Counted from the first letter of the stretch, positions 19,001-29,003 are shown. The stretch is 64,000 nt of DNA from Thermodesulfobacteriota bacterium (GCA_965216785.1 OZ244197.1:1152001-1216000); one strand, 5' to 3'. Notes: a model not told the origin generated them from the sequence alone. Numbers and translations are program-made.

Positions 19001-19184
19001 GATTCTGGGGCTTCTCCCACTTATGTGGAGCCAAGGTACTGGGGCAGACGTTATGAAAAGAATTGCTGCCCCGATGGTCGGAGGTCTTATAACTTCAACA
19101 ATACTTACTCTTGTTATCATCCCGGCTATATATGCAATATGGAGAGGGAGAGAATTAGATACAATAAGAAACAAACAAAAATAA
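16053..19184 (+). CDS. cusA: CusA-type Cu/Ag RND transporter
   Basis: LDAIPDLSDVQVI, LGPDATGVGW, AIGAMVDA, and Met-triad contexts (ILYMPT, PAPLSMVET, TRTEML). Confidence 0.95.
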   Translation: MIEKIIEFSARNRFLTILGVLFIAAWGFWAMKQTPLDAIPDLSDVQVIVFTEWTGRSPDLVEDQITYPIVTTMIAAPNVKFVRGQSFFGLSFIYIIFEDGTDMYWARSRILEYLNEVSGQLPEGVTPTLGPDATGVGWVYQYALVDKTGNNDLAELRTFQDWYLRYWLESVPGVAEVASVGGFEKQYQVEIDPNKLFAYKIPLDKVINAIRRSNNDVGGRVVEFATTEYFVRGRGYIKSVEDIEKIPVGTNELGTPVYIRDIANVQLGPEIRRGLSELDGEGEAVGGIVVMRYGENALDVIEKVKQKIEDIKPSLPEGVEIVTTYDRSGLIERAINTLKEKLIEESIIVSIVIIVFLFHLRSASVPILTIPFAVLMAFIPMYYMKLTSNIMSLGGIAIAIGAMVDASIVLVENVHKRLEHWQGEGGEEGRTKVMIDAMKEVGKPIFFALLVITISFLPVFTLEAQEGRLFKPLAYTKTFSMFFAALLAITMTPALITLLIKGKIKPEIKNPVNRLLIKLYDPVVKVALRFKKTVIVASILILLVTVIPFMKLGSEFMPPLNEGSILYMPTAVPGMSITEAAKILHLQDKMLMQFPEVERVFGKIGRARTATDPAPLSMVETIITLKPEEEWREGMTWDKLISEMNQTVKFPGMANIFWMPIQTRTEMLSTGFRSNLGIKVFGPDLKIIEDIGVKIEGVLSELPGTRSVFAERVTGGYFLDFDIDREEAARYGLTVGDVEDVIETAIGGKNISQTVEGQERYPINVRYQRELRMDIEELERVLVATPTGAQVPLSLLVDLQFTTGPPQIRNEDGQKVGYVFVDVEGKDYEGFVNEAKSIVRENVDLPPGYFLEWAGQYEYLQRVKEKLIYVVPLTVFIIFLLIFLNFNSVIETLIVLLSIPFSLVGSIWLLYILDYNLSIAVWVGIIALAGLAAQTGIVMIIYLDEFYEKMIKEGKSGLGDLAKAIHDGAVQRVRPKMMTVMALILGLLPLMWSQGTGADVMKRIAAPMVGGLITSTILTLVIIPAIYAIWRGRELDTIRNKQK

Positions 19185-19205
19185 AAATATGCAGGAGGAT
19201 TAAAT

Positions 19206-19847
19206 ATGAAAACTGTCATTGCTATTTTAGTTCTTGTCATCATTATAATATTGGGCGGGTTGGTGTTTATTAATTCCGGCCTATATGATGTTGCAGCGAC
19301 AAAACCTGAAACAGGAATTGTAAAGTGGGTCCTTGAAACAACTAAAGAAAATTCAGTCAGTTCGCGTTCTAAGGATATACCCGTCCCCAACCTCGATGAT
19401 GAATCCCTTACAATGACAGGCTTCCATCATTATGATCAAATGTGCGTTGGGTGTCATGGTGCACCTGGTATATCTCCTTCAGAGATAGGGGAAGGTCTTA
19501 ACCCTGAGCCTCCGGACTTGGCTGAAGAGGCTGCACATATGTCCCCTGCAGAGCTCTTCTGGATAACTCAGAATGGAATTAAGATGACAGGGATGCCCGC
19601 TTTTGGTCCTACTCACAGCGATGAGGAGCTTTGGGGAATTGTTGCAATAATGCAGAAGTTTCCAGACATGTCACCTGAATATTATATGCAGATGAAACAA
19701 CAAACCGAAACAATGTCACATGAACATAATCACGGACACGATTCACACCAAGATGGAGAACAAAACAGTCTAAACCATGAAAATACCGACCAGACTGAGG
19801 AGCCGGATGTCCATATTCATGAAGGCGGTGATGAACATGTGCACTAA
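19206..19847 (+). CDS. Membrane-anchored cytochrome c with a His-rich tail
   Basis: CVGCH and GIKMTGMPAF. C-terminus HEHNHGHDSH...HIHE..DEHVH. Confidence 0.9.
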   Translation: MKTVIAILVLVIIIILGGLVFINSGLYDVAATKPETGIVKWVLETTKENSVSSRSKDIPVPNLDDESLTMTGFHHYDQMCVGCHGAPGISPSEIGEGLNPEPPDLAEEAAHMSPAELFWITQNGIKMTGMPAFGPTHSDEELWGIVAIMQKFPDMSPEYYMQMKQQTETMSHEHNHGHDSHQDGEQNSLNHENTDQTEEPDVHIHEGGDEHVH

Positions 19848-19918
19848 GGCGCTGTTCTCAAATATACTGGTTCATAGGTTTAAGAAATCAGTAATAACTT
19901 AATAGGAGGCAATGGCGA

Positions 19919-20401
19919 ATGCAGCTGCGTAACAAAATTTTTGTATTTACGATTACTATAATTCTTATAACCCTAGTGGGTGTAATACCTGAACTTAACA
20001 ACATTGTTTGGTCTCATGGTGAACTGACCGGCAAGGGTTATAAGGAACATGAGAAAAAAGGCCCGAATGATGGGAAGTTGGTTGAACTAGAAGATAAATA
20101 CATAGAATTTGTAGTCGACCATAAGAGTGGAGAAATTGCTTTAATTGTGCTGGACAAGAACATGAAACCTATACCAGTACCGGAAAATATAACTGGACTT
20201 GGTTATCTCCGTATAGTTAATAATCCAGTAAAATGGTTTGATTTTAAAAGGGGGAATCGGGATCAAGTAGCATATCTTCATGCTGCAACTGGAATTGAAA
20301 ATATTGGTCCATTTAATGCAGTAATACGCTTAAATATAGGTCATAAAAGAAAGAATATTCGATTTAGTTGGTCACCAATAATTCATAAAAATAGTGAATA
20401 G
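19919..20401 (+). CDS. Exported hypothetical protein (possible metal-binding)
   Basis: N-terminal hydrophobic segment, then HG...GPNDG motif. RBS AGGAGG. Confidence 0.7.
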   Translation: MQLRNKIFVFTITIILITLVGVIPELNNIVWSHGELTGKGYKEHEKKGPNDGKLVELEDKYIEFVVDHKSGEIALIVLDKNMKPIPVPENITGLGYLRIVNNPVKWFDFKRGNRDQVAYLHAATGIENIGPFNAVIRLNIGHKRKNIRFSWSPIIHKNSE

Positions 20402-20475
20402 AGTAACCGGTGTAACTATAGGAGAAAAAAGATTAAGAAATAAGTACTAGAATAAAAATCAAGGAGGTTAGTTAT

Positions 20476-20910
20476 ATGACCAGCAAGAAATTTACAATTT
20501 CCATAACCGGGCTTCTGGGCCTTTCTTTAATTTTAGTTATAACTGTTTTCTTTTCACAGGCATGGGCTCAAGATTCCAAGAAAAGCGATTTCGACAAGAC
20601 GACACCTAGCCTATCTGAAGTAGAGTCAAAATATGTATGCATGATCAACGATCAAATTTACAATAAAGAACAAATACCCGTTGAAGTGGAAGGAAAAACC
20701 TACTACGGTTGCTGTAAAATGTGTGAAGCTAAGCTAAAGAGTGATCCTAATAGTCGTGAATCCATTGATCCAGTAAGTAACAAGAAAGTGGATAAAGCAT
20801 TATCTGTAATAGGTGCTACACAGGACGGCAATGTTTATTACTTCGAGAATGAAACGAATCTAAAAGAATTTAGTGACAAGAATACGAATAATATTGAGGA
20901 GAATAACTGA
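20476..20910 (+). CDS. Periplasmic TRASH/YHS-like metal-binding protein
   Basis: VCMIND...VEGKTYYGCCKMC...DPVS. Signal peptide. Confidence 0.85.
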   Translation: MTSKKFTISITGLLGLSLILVITVFFSQAWAQDSKKSDFDKTTPSLSEVESKYVCMINDQIYNKEQIPVEVEGKTYYGCCKMCEAKLKSDPNSRESIDPVSNKKVDKALSVIGATQDGNVYYFENETNLKEFSDKNTNNIEENN

Positions 20911-20991
20911 GTGAATTGATTTATATACACTTAACTAATTTTGTGGTGATAGATAAGCACCTCGGAGAATTAGAGTTTGTGTTCGGCTGAA

Positions 20992-22371
20992 TTATTGAAT
21001 AGAAACTTGTGTATTTCTGTTTAGAGACCACTTTAATAGTAGTGGTGTGATCAGTGTAGTAACTATGACCATGAAAACAACTGCGGAGAATATAATATCA
21101 TTAAACACACCTAAACTTTTTCCTATAATTGCAAATATTAGACCTACTTCACCACGAGGGATCATTCCGAATCCTATAGACAGTCGGTCATATCGGCTAC
21201 CGGCGAAAATTCCGGAGAATAGTTTCCCAAGTATAGCCACTATAGTAATGGCTAAGGAAAACCATATGGTTTCTGATTTAAAAAAAGTTGTCAAATTTAC
21301 TTGCATCCCCATTAGGACAAAGAATATTGGTGTAAATACAGCCTCGAGAGGAGCTATTAACTGTCTTATAGTTTTCTCATCGCCTGGGGTTCTCGTAAAA
21401 TATTTTTCACTGAGTATCAATCCTGCTGCGAATGCGCCGACAATAGAGGACAGTCCAATAAAATTTGCGACCAAGGAAAGAGTAAAAGCAAGAGATAGTG
21501 AATACAATAGTTTTTGGTTCTGCTTATCGAGTCTCTTAATTAAAGTCCAGTGAACTAAGTGTTCGCCGAAAAAAAAGATTGTACCTAAGAACATAATAGA
21601 AAGTATTAATATACGTAAGATATCATACAGATTTATACTACCGGTTGTCGCAATTGCTATTACAATAGCTAGAAGTATCAAACCAACTATGTCATCTATT
21701 ACTGCAGCACCTAAAATTATTTTCACGGTTTTGTCTCGGACTTTATTCAAGTCTTTGAATAACCGTGCTGTTATTCCGACACTCGTTGCCGATAGCGCGG
21801 CTCCTAAAAATAACTTGAATGATGTAGATGATTTCGGCAGGAACCAATAGCTGATTACAATTCCTAAGATAAGAGGAATTACTATACCAAAAATTGCGAC
21901 CATAGTAGCCTGTCTCCCTACATTCCTCATATCAGCAATACTTGTATCAAGTCCCACCATAAAAAGTAATATGATAATTCCTAGGCTTGAGAACAACCAT
22001 AGAGTAAATCCCATAATTATGTATTTAGGGGCGTGAATATTTGTAAGTATTGACAGTAGCCGATTTCCAACTTCACCATCAGTTAGTTGAGCTGAAGAGA
22101 AAACATGTTTTACTGCCTCTTCAACGGAGAGCCCAGATGAACAGACTGATCTGAATATCTCCTCTGCATTACTAAGCTGCATAATTAAAGTAAAAATGGG
22201 TAACCCCAACCAAAAACCTATATTGCCTATAATTATGCCTACAACCAATTCACCTAGAACTGTGGGTTGTTTTGATAACTCTGCCAACCAGCGTCCTACT
22301 ACTGCTGCCAGTATGATTAGTACGATTTCTAATAAAATTAGTGATAACGGATCAAAATGTCGCTCGATTAT
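20992..22371 (-). CDS. Cation:proton antiporter (CPA2/NapA-like)
   Basis: LGELVVGIIIG, ATSVGIT, AAVIDD, GAFAAG and PRGEVG. The frame stays open 28 codons upstream of 22287, to an ATA placed just after GGAG. Confidence 0.9.
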   Translation of the reverse strand: MIERHFDPLSLILLEIVLIILAAVVGRWLAELSKQPTVLGELVVGIIIGNIGFWLGLPIFTLIMQLSNAEEIFRSVCSSGLSVEEAVKHVFSSAQLTDGEVGNRLLSILTNIHAPKYIIMGFTLWLFSSLGIIILLFMVGLDTSIADMRNVGRQATMVAIFGIVIPLILGIVISYWFLPKSSTSFKLFLGAALSATSVGITARLFKDLNKVRDKTVKIILGAAVIDDIVGLILLAIVIAIATTGSINLYDILRILILSIMFLGTIFFFGEHLVHWTLIKRLDKQNQKLLYSLSLAFTLSLVANFIGLSSIVGAFAAGLILSEKYFTRTPGDEKTIRQLIAPLEAVFTPIFFVLMGMQVNLTTFFKSETIWFSLAITIVAILGKLFSGIFAGSRYDRLSIGFGMIPRGEVGLIFAIIGKSLGVFNDIIFSAVVFMVIVTTLITPLLLKWSLNRNTQVSIQ

Positions 22372-22426
22372 CTTATTCTCCAGGTACCAACTAACGAGGG
22401 TTTATTGGTATATATGCATTAAGATG

Positions 22427-22441
22427 GCAATTTAAGTGCCA
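22427..22441 (-). promoter_or_regulatory. sigma54 -24/-12 promoter for the antiporter
   Basis: TGGCACTTAAATTGC (GG-N10-GC) on the minus strand. Confidence 0.75.
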
Positions 22442-22583
22442 CATGAAAAATATATCTTTGACAATTCGTACGAGGATGCAAGTCAATTTAATATCTGATC
22501 TGGGTCAATTGGCTTCATAATGATAATGATTCTCGACAATATTCAAATTTCTCTTTATCTATAAGATTAATCAAGCATGTGAT

Positions 22584-22599
22584 TGTTGATAATTCAACA
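22584..22599. promoter_or_regulatory. Putative enhancer (UAS) for the sigma54 activator
   Basis: Palindrome TGTTGA-taat-TCAACA. The same motif occurs twice at 25820-25856. Confidence 0.65.
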
Positions 22600-22715
22600 G
22601 CCATCGTTTGAAAATCATCAACTTGAATTACTGTTATTATCTAACAATCATGGAGAATCATGCGGTTTCTATAAAATTTGGAGATTTGGAATCTACGAAG
22701 TTCAACGTTCAAAAT

Positions 22716-22730
22716 TGGCATATTAATTGC
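22716..22730 (+). promoter_or_regulatory. sigma54 -24/-12 promoter for the small lipoprotein
   Basis: TGGCATATTAATTGC (GG-N10-GC). Confidence 0.75.
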
Positions 22731-22761
22731 CATAAATTAAATTGAACTATGGAGGCTTATA

Positions 22762-22983
22762 ATGCGATTTTTTCTCATAACTTTTACAAGTTTTCTTTTA
22801 GCAAGTTGTTCAGTAATTTCATTTCAACCGACACCTACAAAAGACTCTAAGAATTATGGTTCACAAGAATATCAGGACTGCATAGATAAAAACCCCTCAG
22901 ACAAGACAAAATGTGAGATGATAAAACCCAACACTATGGAGCCTAATTTAACTGAACATAAAGATAGAGAAGGGTATCATTAA
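22762..22983 (+). CDS. Small lipoprotein
   Basis: Lipobox LASC, RBS GGAGG, and two further Cys. Confidence 0.7.
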   Translation: MRFFLITFTSFLLASCSVISFQPTPTKDSKNYGSQEYQDCIDKNPSDKTKCEMIKPNTMEPNLTEHKDREGYH

Positions 22984-23136
22984 ATTGTTAAAGGAGTTAT
23001 ATGGATTATAACAAAAACTGAATCGCAAAATTATTAAATTGCCGGAGGTTTATACAATATGCTGCAAAAATGGAGTATACGTATAGAGTTCTGATCTGAA
23101 TATTAATGAAAATAGAAACAAGAAAGCCTTATTCTA

Positions 23137-24528
23137 CTAGTTATTGTTTCTTGGCCCTACTTGCTTGATGCCATATTTATTCATGCTATAAATCAAGGAA
23201 TTTCGTGAGATGTTGAGTAGCTTAGCTGCCTGAGTCTGATTCCAATTCATCTTTTCAAGAGCTTGGAGAATTAATTCTCTTTCCAAATTCTTTAAATCTA
23301 TACCGGTTTCAGGAATAGGAACTGTAAAATTAACCGTCTCTAATTTTTCCCCATCCAGGAACTCTTTGGGTAGCTGATCTACAGTAATAATTTCACCTTG
23401 ACATAGTACGACTAACCTATGAATCAAATTTTCAAGTTCTCGAATATTGCCTGGCCAATGATATTTCCTAAAGATTTCAATTACTTCATCATCAAACCTC
23501 ATACAACTTTTGCCAAACTGTATCGAAAATTTATTTAGGAAACTTTCGGCTAGAAGAGAGATATCCTCTTGTCTTTCCCTGAGTGGCGGTAGAGTTATCG
23601 GAATAACGCTCAGGCGATAATAAAGATCATCCCTAAACATTTTCTCATCTACTAATTTTTTAAGATCTTGATTTGTAGCAGCAATGATTCTAACATCGAC
23701 TTTACGTGGAGTTGTTTCACCAATTTTATCAATCTCCTTATTGTGAAGTGTTCTTAGAATCTTGACTTGAAGTTTTAAGGGTAATTCGTTTATTTCATCA
23801 AGGAAGACAGTACCACCTTCAGCAGCTTCGAATTTCCCGGTTTTATCCGTTTTGGCATCAGTGAAAGTACCCCGCTTATGTCCGAAAAGCTCAGATTCAA
23901 GTAGGTTCTCAGGAATTGCGCCACAATTTACAATAACAAAAGGTTTGGTGGTTCTGAGACTATTAAAGTGAATTGCTTTGGCCATTAATTCCTTCCCCGT
24001 GCCGCTTTCGCCTAGAATTAAGATAGAAGAGTCGGTTCTAGCTACCTGACTTGCAATCTCAAGGACTTTTTTCAAAGCCGGTGAACTACCTATCATATTA
24101 TTGAAATTTAACGATCCCGCTAAAAATTCTCGGAGGGTCTTATTTTCAATCAATAGATCCTTATACTTGAGAACTTTTTTAACTTTGAGTATGAGTTCAT
24201 TTTTATCTACTGGCTTTGTTATATAATCATTAGCTCCTAACTGCATAGCTTCTACTGCTGATTCTATTGATCCGTATGCAGTTACCACAATTACGCTGAC
24301 ATCATACGAAATTTCATTTAATTTTTTGAGAAGTTCCATACCACTCATTTCGGGCATACGAATATCTGTTATAACCAAGTCAATATTTTTATTATTTATA
24401 ATATCGAGACCTATAGCCCCATTTTCAGCAGTAATCAAATCATATCCAGCTTCAATGAGTTGATATTCAATCACTCTCCTAAAGCTTTTATCATCGTCTA
24501 TCAATAAAATAGTTTTAGTTTCCATCAC
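23137..24528 (-). CDS. sigma54-dependent response regulator (NtrC/ZraR-like)
   Basis: Receiver domain (IDDD, TDIRMP), [14 protein letters not shown]-like [14 protein letters not shown], and a Fis-type HTH. Confidence 0.95.
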   Translation of the reverse strand: MMETKTILLIDDDKSFRRVIEYQLIEAGYDLITAENGAIGLDIINNKNIDLVITDIRMPEMSGMELLKKLNEISYDVSVIVVTAYGSIESAVEAMQLGANDYITKPVDKNELILKVKKVLKYKDLLIENKTLREFLAGSLNFNNMIGSSPALKKVLEIASQVARTDSSILILGESGTGKELMAKAIHFNSLRTTKPFVIVNCGAIPENLLESELFGHKRGTFTDAKTDKTGKFEAAEGGTVFLDEINELPLKLQVKILRTLHNKEIDKIGETTPRKVDVRIIAATNQDLKKLVDEKMFRDDLYYRLSVIPITLPPLRERQEDISLLAESFLNKFSIQFGKSCMRFDDEVIEIFRKYHWPGNIRELENLIHRLVVLCQGEIITVDQLPKEFLDGEKLETVNFTVPIPETGIDLKNLERELILQALEKMNWNQTQAAKLLNISRNSLIYSMNKYGIKQVGPRNNN

Positions 24529-24529
24529 T

Positions 24530-25597
24530 CTACTCTATAGGTAAATCCACAAAGAAGGTTAAACCTTGCTTAGTGTTTTGTTCAATTCTAATATCCCCGC
24601 TGTGTTTTTTAACTAGCTGATAAGAAACCGCTAAGCCTAAACCTGTACCGTTTTCCTTAGTTGTGAAAAAGGGGTCAAAGATTTTAGGTAGATTTTCAGC
24701 TTTAATTCCGATTCCCTCGTCCTCGATTGATACTTCTAAATGATTGTTGTTTCTTGTAGTTCTGATTTTTAGGTTGCCCCCTGATGGCATCGACTGAACA
24801 CCATTTAGAATGATATTAAAAAATACCTGTTTGAGTTGTTCAGAATCCACCCATAAAGCAGGGAGGGTCTTATCGAATTCCGACAAGATTTTAATGTTTT
24901 CCTGTTTTGTCGTAGCTCTTATAAGGCTTATAACAGGATCAATGATTTCATTGATATGAACTTTACTTAATTCTAACTCAGGAGGTTTTGCATAGCGTGT
25001 AAAATCCCTTAAGAGATGGTTGAGCCTTACAATTTCATCTTTAATTATGAGCACAAACTCATATTTTGGATTTTCTTTACCGACCTCATTCTCAAGTATA
25101 TCTACTGCTCCCTTAATAGAACCAAGTGGATTTCTAATCTCATGTGAAAGTCCTGCGGCCAGTTCTCCTAAAACAGCTAATCTGTCTGATTGTCTAAGCA
25201 TCTCAAAAGTTTCTTGAAGCTTAGTATCGACTTTATTTAGCTCTTCGGATGCCCTTACCAGTTTTTCTTTATGTTTTTTCTCCATATTTACTAGAAAGCC
25301 AGTCCCCGTACCAACAAGAATATAAAAAATTATTTCAGAGTAGAGCCCCATATCGTTAAAAGGACTTTCAATTAATTCGACTACATATGTTGCAGAAATA
25401 ATTAGCGATACAATTAAGCCGCCTACTACACCAAACCAAATACCTGCTATCATAATCGGTATGTAATAGAAGTGCTGATATGCCTCAAACATCTCTTGAT
25501 CAGTAAAAAAATGAAGAGAGCTGATTCCAACAATTAAAACTACAATAAGACCTAATTTAAGAACAGGTTTGTTGTTGTTCAATCTGATAAACATCAT
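24530..25597 (-). CDS. Membrane sensor histidine kinase
   Basis: Four-TM N-terminus, HEIRNPL H-box, and N/G1/F/G2 boxes. Confidence 0.95.
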   Translation of the reverse strand: MMFIRLNNNKPVLKLGLIVVLIVGISSLHFFTDQEMFEAYQHFYYIPIMIAGIWFGVVGGLIVSLIISATYVVELIESPFNDMGLYSEIIFYILVGTGTGFLVNMEKKHKEKLVRASEELNKVDTKLQETFEMLRQSDRLAVLGELAAGLSHEIRNPLGSIKGAVDILENEVGKENPKYEFVLIIKDEIVRLNHLLRDFTRYAKPPELELSKVHINEIIDPVISLIRATTKQENIKILSEFDKTLPALWVDSEQLKQVFFNIILNGVQSMPSGGNLKIRTTRNNNHLEVSIEDEGIGIKAENLPKIFDPFFTTKENGTGLGLAVSYQLVKKHSGDIRIEQNTKQGLTFFVDLPIE

Positions 25598-25719
25598 AAC
25601 CTTATAATTTTACTACGAAATACTAGGATAGGCACATTGTAGAGCCTTTATTGTAAACCTATCTATGATGTCTCCTAATAAATTTAATCTTTCACGCACA
25701 CATATTGTAATAACTTTCG

Positions 25720-25734
25720 GCAAGTTCTATGCCA
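25720..25734 (-). promoter_or_regulatory. sigma54 -24/-12 promoter facing the kinase-regulator operon
   Basis: TGGCATAGAACTTGC on the minus strand. Confidence 0.7.
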
Positions 25735-25819
25735 TAAGAACTGCCGAAGGTTATTCCACTTAAACAGCTAAATTTACAAGGGCTTTATAATTTATATGAG
25801 TTTCATAGAGGTTTTATGT

Positions 25820-25856
25820 TGTTGATTATCCAACACCATGTGTTGTGTATTCAACA
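25820..25856. promoter_or_regulatory. Tandem putative enhancer sites
   Basis: TGTTGA-ttat-CCAACA (25820-25835) and TGTTGT-gtat-TCAACA (25841-25856). Confidence 0.65.
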
Positions 25857-25951
25857 AATAAAATGATGTAATCAATAGTGTTTGCTTCCCTGACCAAGAA
25901 AATTTCTATAATTGCAACAAGTTATAGCAAGGACAGAGAATTAAATATCTC

Positions 25952-25966
25952 TGGTATGTAACTTGC
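25952..25966 (+). promoter_or_regulatory. sigma54 -24/-12 promoter for the porin operon
   Basis: TGGTATGTAACTTGC (GG-N10-GC). Confidence 0.7.
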
Positions 25967-26067
25967 GATAATAAAATTGATAACACGATAAATGTTATAA
26001 ATCCAAGATCAAACGACACAGCAAAGAAGTGTTTTTTTGGAAAAGTTGCAATAAGGAGGTTGGTAAA

Positions 26068-27429
26068 ATGAGGTTAAGCGAGTTTATTGTAATCCCGCTG
26101 TTGATTATTTCCTCCCTGTTATTCTTCGGATTAAGCTCAGCCGAAGCTCAAAAGACAGATAGTGAAATACAGACCTTAAAAGAGGAAATAAGAAGGTTAA
26201 ACCAGAGGGTCGAAGAACTGGAGATACAAAGAGCTGAAGATAGGAAGCTAGCAGAAGAAGCTCAGCGTGATCAGGAAGAAGTTCAAGAACAGACTTCTGC
26301 TTCACTCGGGTCTTATGTAGACCAAAGGATTAAAAAATTCGGTTTATTCAATACGAACAAAACACTTTTCACGGGTTACGGTGCTGTTGGTTTTAATGAT
26401 GTGGATGGTAAACCTAGTACATTCAGTGCTGTGTTTGCTCCTATATTTCATTATCAGTTATCTAGAAATTTACATGTAATAATAGAGCCTGAGTTCGAGC
26501 TAGAAGACGATGAGCTCGAAATAGGCTTGGAAATTGGGGAGATAGACTATTTTCTCAACGACTATGTGACGTTGAGCGCGGGTAAAATACTGCTTCCGTT
26601 TAACGTCTTTTCACAAAGATTCCACCCGACATGGATCAATAAGATGCCATCTCTTCCGATTATTTACGGATCTCACTCCGACGATGGCCCCACACAAGGC
26701 ATAGTGCCCGTACTCAGTGATATTGGAGCTCAGGTCAGCGGCGGCTTAGCGCTTAACCTCTTTGAGGGGTCGAAATTAAATTACGCGTTTTATCTTGTGA
26801 ACGGTCCGAGAATTGAATCAGAGGATGAACATGATGAGGGCGATGAAGAAGCCGGAGATGAGCATAATGAAACAACCACCACTGCTAATGAAGGCGATGA
26901 ACTTGAAGAAAACGGGCACGGCGGCGGACAAACAGACTTAATATTCGGGAATAACTTCACAGATATAAACTCCAACAAAGCCTTTGGGGGAAGGATAGGC
27001 TTCCTGCCCGTATGGAATTGGGAAGTCGGGGGATCGCTTATGTTCGGCGATGCCGAAGATGACATAGATTTCTTCATGTACGGTTTTGACACGGAATTCC
27101 AGTATAGGGGATTGTTAGTGCTCGCAGAGTTCATACACCTTGAGAACGATAATGTAGGCGGAGGCGAAACTGAAAAGAACGGATATTATGCCCAGGGTTC
27201 TTACAGGCTGTCAGATATTCCATTACAGAACCGTTATATCGGGAGTTTTGTAAACGGGCTTGAGCCAGTATTCAGATATGGCAAAAACTATCTGCCAGGT
27301 AGAGACCAAGAGCAGTATGCAATAGGGCTTGATTGGTGGCTTCTCTCAAGCGTGCCTTTGAAAATTGCTTATGAATTTAATGACGGATTACCCGATAGAT
27401 TCTTAATGCAGTGGGCATTTGGTTTCTAA
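26068..27429 (+). CDS. Outer-membrane porin with an N-terminal coiled coil and an acidic/His loop
   Basis: Signal peptide, coiled coil, alternating beta-strand pattern, D.N.NKAFGGRIG, and terminal aromatic residue (WAFGF). RBS AAGGAGG. Confidence 0.8.
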   Translation: MRLSEFIVIPLLIISSLLFFGLSSAEAQKTDSEIQTLKEEIRRLNQRVEELEIQRAEDRKLAEEAQRDQEEVQEQTSASLGSYVDQRIKKFGLFNTNKTLFTGYGAVGFNDVDGKPSTFSAVFAPIFHYQLSRNLHVIIEPEFELEDDELEIGLEIGEIDYFLNDYVTLSAGKILLPFNVFSQRFHPTWINKMPSLPIIYGSHSDDGPTQGIVPVLSDIGAQVSGGLALNLFEGSKLNYAFYLVNGPRIESEDEHDEGDEEAGDEHNETTTTANEGDELEENGHGGGQTDLIFGNNFTDINSNKAFGGRIGFLPVWNWEVGGSLMFGDAEDDIDFFMYGFDTEFQYRGLLVLAEFIHLENDNVGGGETEKNGYYAQGSYRLSDIPLQNRYIGSFVNGLEPVFRYGKNYLPGRDQEQYAIGLDWWLLSSVPLKIAYEFNDGLPDRFLMQWAFGF

Positions 27430-27467
27430 AATATAAGGTTATAGATATGGAAAGGAGATAAAAAATT

Positions 27468-28139
27468 ATGAATAAACCCAGACTAAAAAAAATATCATTA
27501 CTTTTTGGTTTAATCATTATGATCCTCTCTATTATGCTGGGAGACTACGCTCACGCTCAAGGAGAAGATAAAGAAGAAATGCAAGAGAGTGAATTAAGCG
27601 GTGCGGATCTTTGGTCACAGAACTGCAGCAGGTGTCACAACATCAGAAGCCCGCAGGAGTTTAACGATGCCCAGTGGGAAATCATTGTGAGCCATATGCG
27701 TATTATAGGCGGGATACCCGCAGCTCAAGCAAGAGCTATAACCAAGTTCCTTCAAGAAACAAATAACCCTCCCCTACAACCTATAGAGCCAATATCTACT
27801 GATAAGAAAACCGGGGTAAAAGGAGAGGAATTAATAATTGATATAGAAAAAGGGGATGCTATAAACGGAAAAGCATTATATGAAAAAAACTGTGCAGCAT
27901 GTCATGGAACTACAGGTAAGGGAGACGGGCCGGCCGCGGCGAGTATGAAGCCTAAACCCAGAAACATTAGAGACAGAGAATATATGCAGAATTTATCAGA
28001 CGCGTATCTTCTCGAGATAATTACTTACGGCGGAGCCAGTGTAGACAAATCACCCTTAATGCCCGGTTGGGGAAATGTGATGAATCAAAAGGAAATTATA
28101 GACATTATCTCTTATATGAGGCAATTAAGCGAGCAATAG
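27468..28139 (+). CDS. Diheme cytochrome c
   Basis: CSRCH and CAACH motifs, signal peptide. Confidence 0.92.
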   Translation: MNKPRLKKISLLFGLIIMILSIMLGDYAHAQGEDKEEMQESELSGADLWSQNCSRCHNIRSPQEFNDAQWEIIVSHMRIIGGIPAAQARAITKFLQETNNPPLQPIEPISTDKKTGVKGEELIIDIEKGDAINGKALYEKNCAACHGTTGKGDGPAAASMKPKPRNIRDREYMQNLSDAYLLEIITYGGASVDKSPLMPGWGNVMNQKEIIDIISYMRQLSEQ

Positions 28140-28239
28140 TAATTTTAATCAAGTCGTAAGATTATTTTTAAAATGTAGGTCGGTAATAGGTCACACGTTG
28201 TAAACAGGAGATGAAGATTATACTGAATCGATAATTAAC

Positions 28240-28467
28240 ATGCATGTACAAGACATATTGGAGTTACACTGGGGCATGTGGGTATATGTGATAGTTTTTT
28301 GGCTCCTGCTTATCTTGGGGATCGTAGCAATTATAAAATGGTTCAATGCTAAAACTCGTCTTAAAAAATCATATCTTCAAATTCTGGAGAAGAAATATGC
28401 AAATGGTGAGATAAGTAAAGAAGATTTTGAGAAGATGAAAAAACAAATAACGAGAGAAAAGGATTGA
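28240..28467 (+). CDS. SHOCT-domain membrane protein
   Basis: TM helix plus ILEKKYANGEISKEDFEKMK. Confidence 0.85.
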   Translation: MHVQDILELHWGMWVYVIVFWLLLILGIVAIIKWFNAKTRLKKSYLQILEKKYANGEISKEDFEKMKKQITREKD

Positions 28468-28469
28468 CC

Positions 28470-29003
28470 ATGAAAAGATTAATAATGCTACTGACTATGT
28501 TGTTGTGTTTTACTAGTTTTTCTTTTGCCCAAAAAACCATACAACAAGATGGTGGCCTTGAAGATAAAGGCAAAACAATGAAAAAGAGAAAGATGGTAGA
28601 AAGTTACAAGTTGGTTCAATACTTTCTTATAAATGCAGAGAGTCTAGATTTAACCTATCATCAGAGACAAGAAATAGAGAATATCAAAAAAGATTATCTT
28701 TACCCAATGATTCAAAATGAAACGGATTTTCAGATTTCTAATTTGGAGGTAATGGATCTGTTAAAAGAACCGGATTTTGAACCTGAAGAGGTAAAATCGG
28801 CAATCGAGAAATCGATTAAAATCAGTTTGGAAAACGCACTTATGTCGGTAGATGCACTTGCAGCAATAAGAAAGGCTGTCGGGATGGATAATTTTAACAG
28901 ATTACGAGAAATGATGAACTTGTCGCCTAGTGAAATGCGGGATAACGACGATAAGAAAAAGAATAATCAGGATCCGTCAATCGAACAAAATAGATCATTA
29001 TAA
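28470..29003 (+). CDS. Periplasmic Spy/CpxP/ZraP-like protein
   Basis: Signal peptide, LDLTxxQR motif, helical. Paralogue at 57172. Confidence 0.65.
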   Translation: MKRLIMLLTMLLCFTSFSFAQKTIQQDGGLEDKGKTMKKRKMVESYKLVQYFLINAESLDLTYHQRQEIENIKKDYLYPMIQNETDFQISNLEVMDLLKEPDFEPEEVKSAIEKSIKISLENALMSVDALAAIRKAVGMDNFNRLREMMNLSPSEMRDNDDKKKNNQDPSIEQNRSL

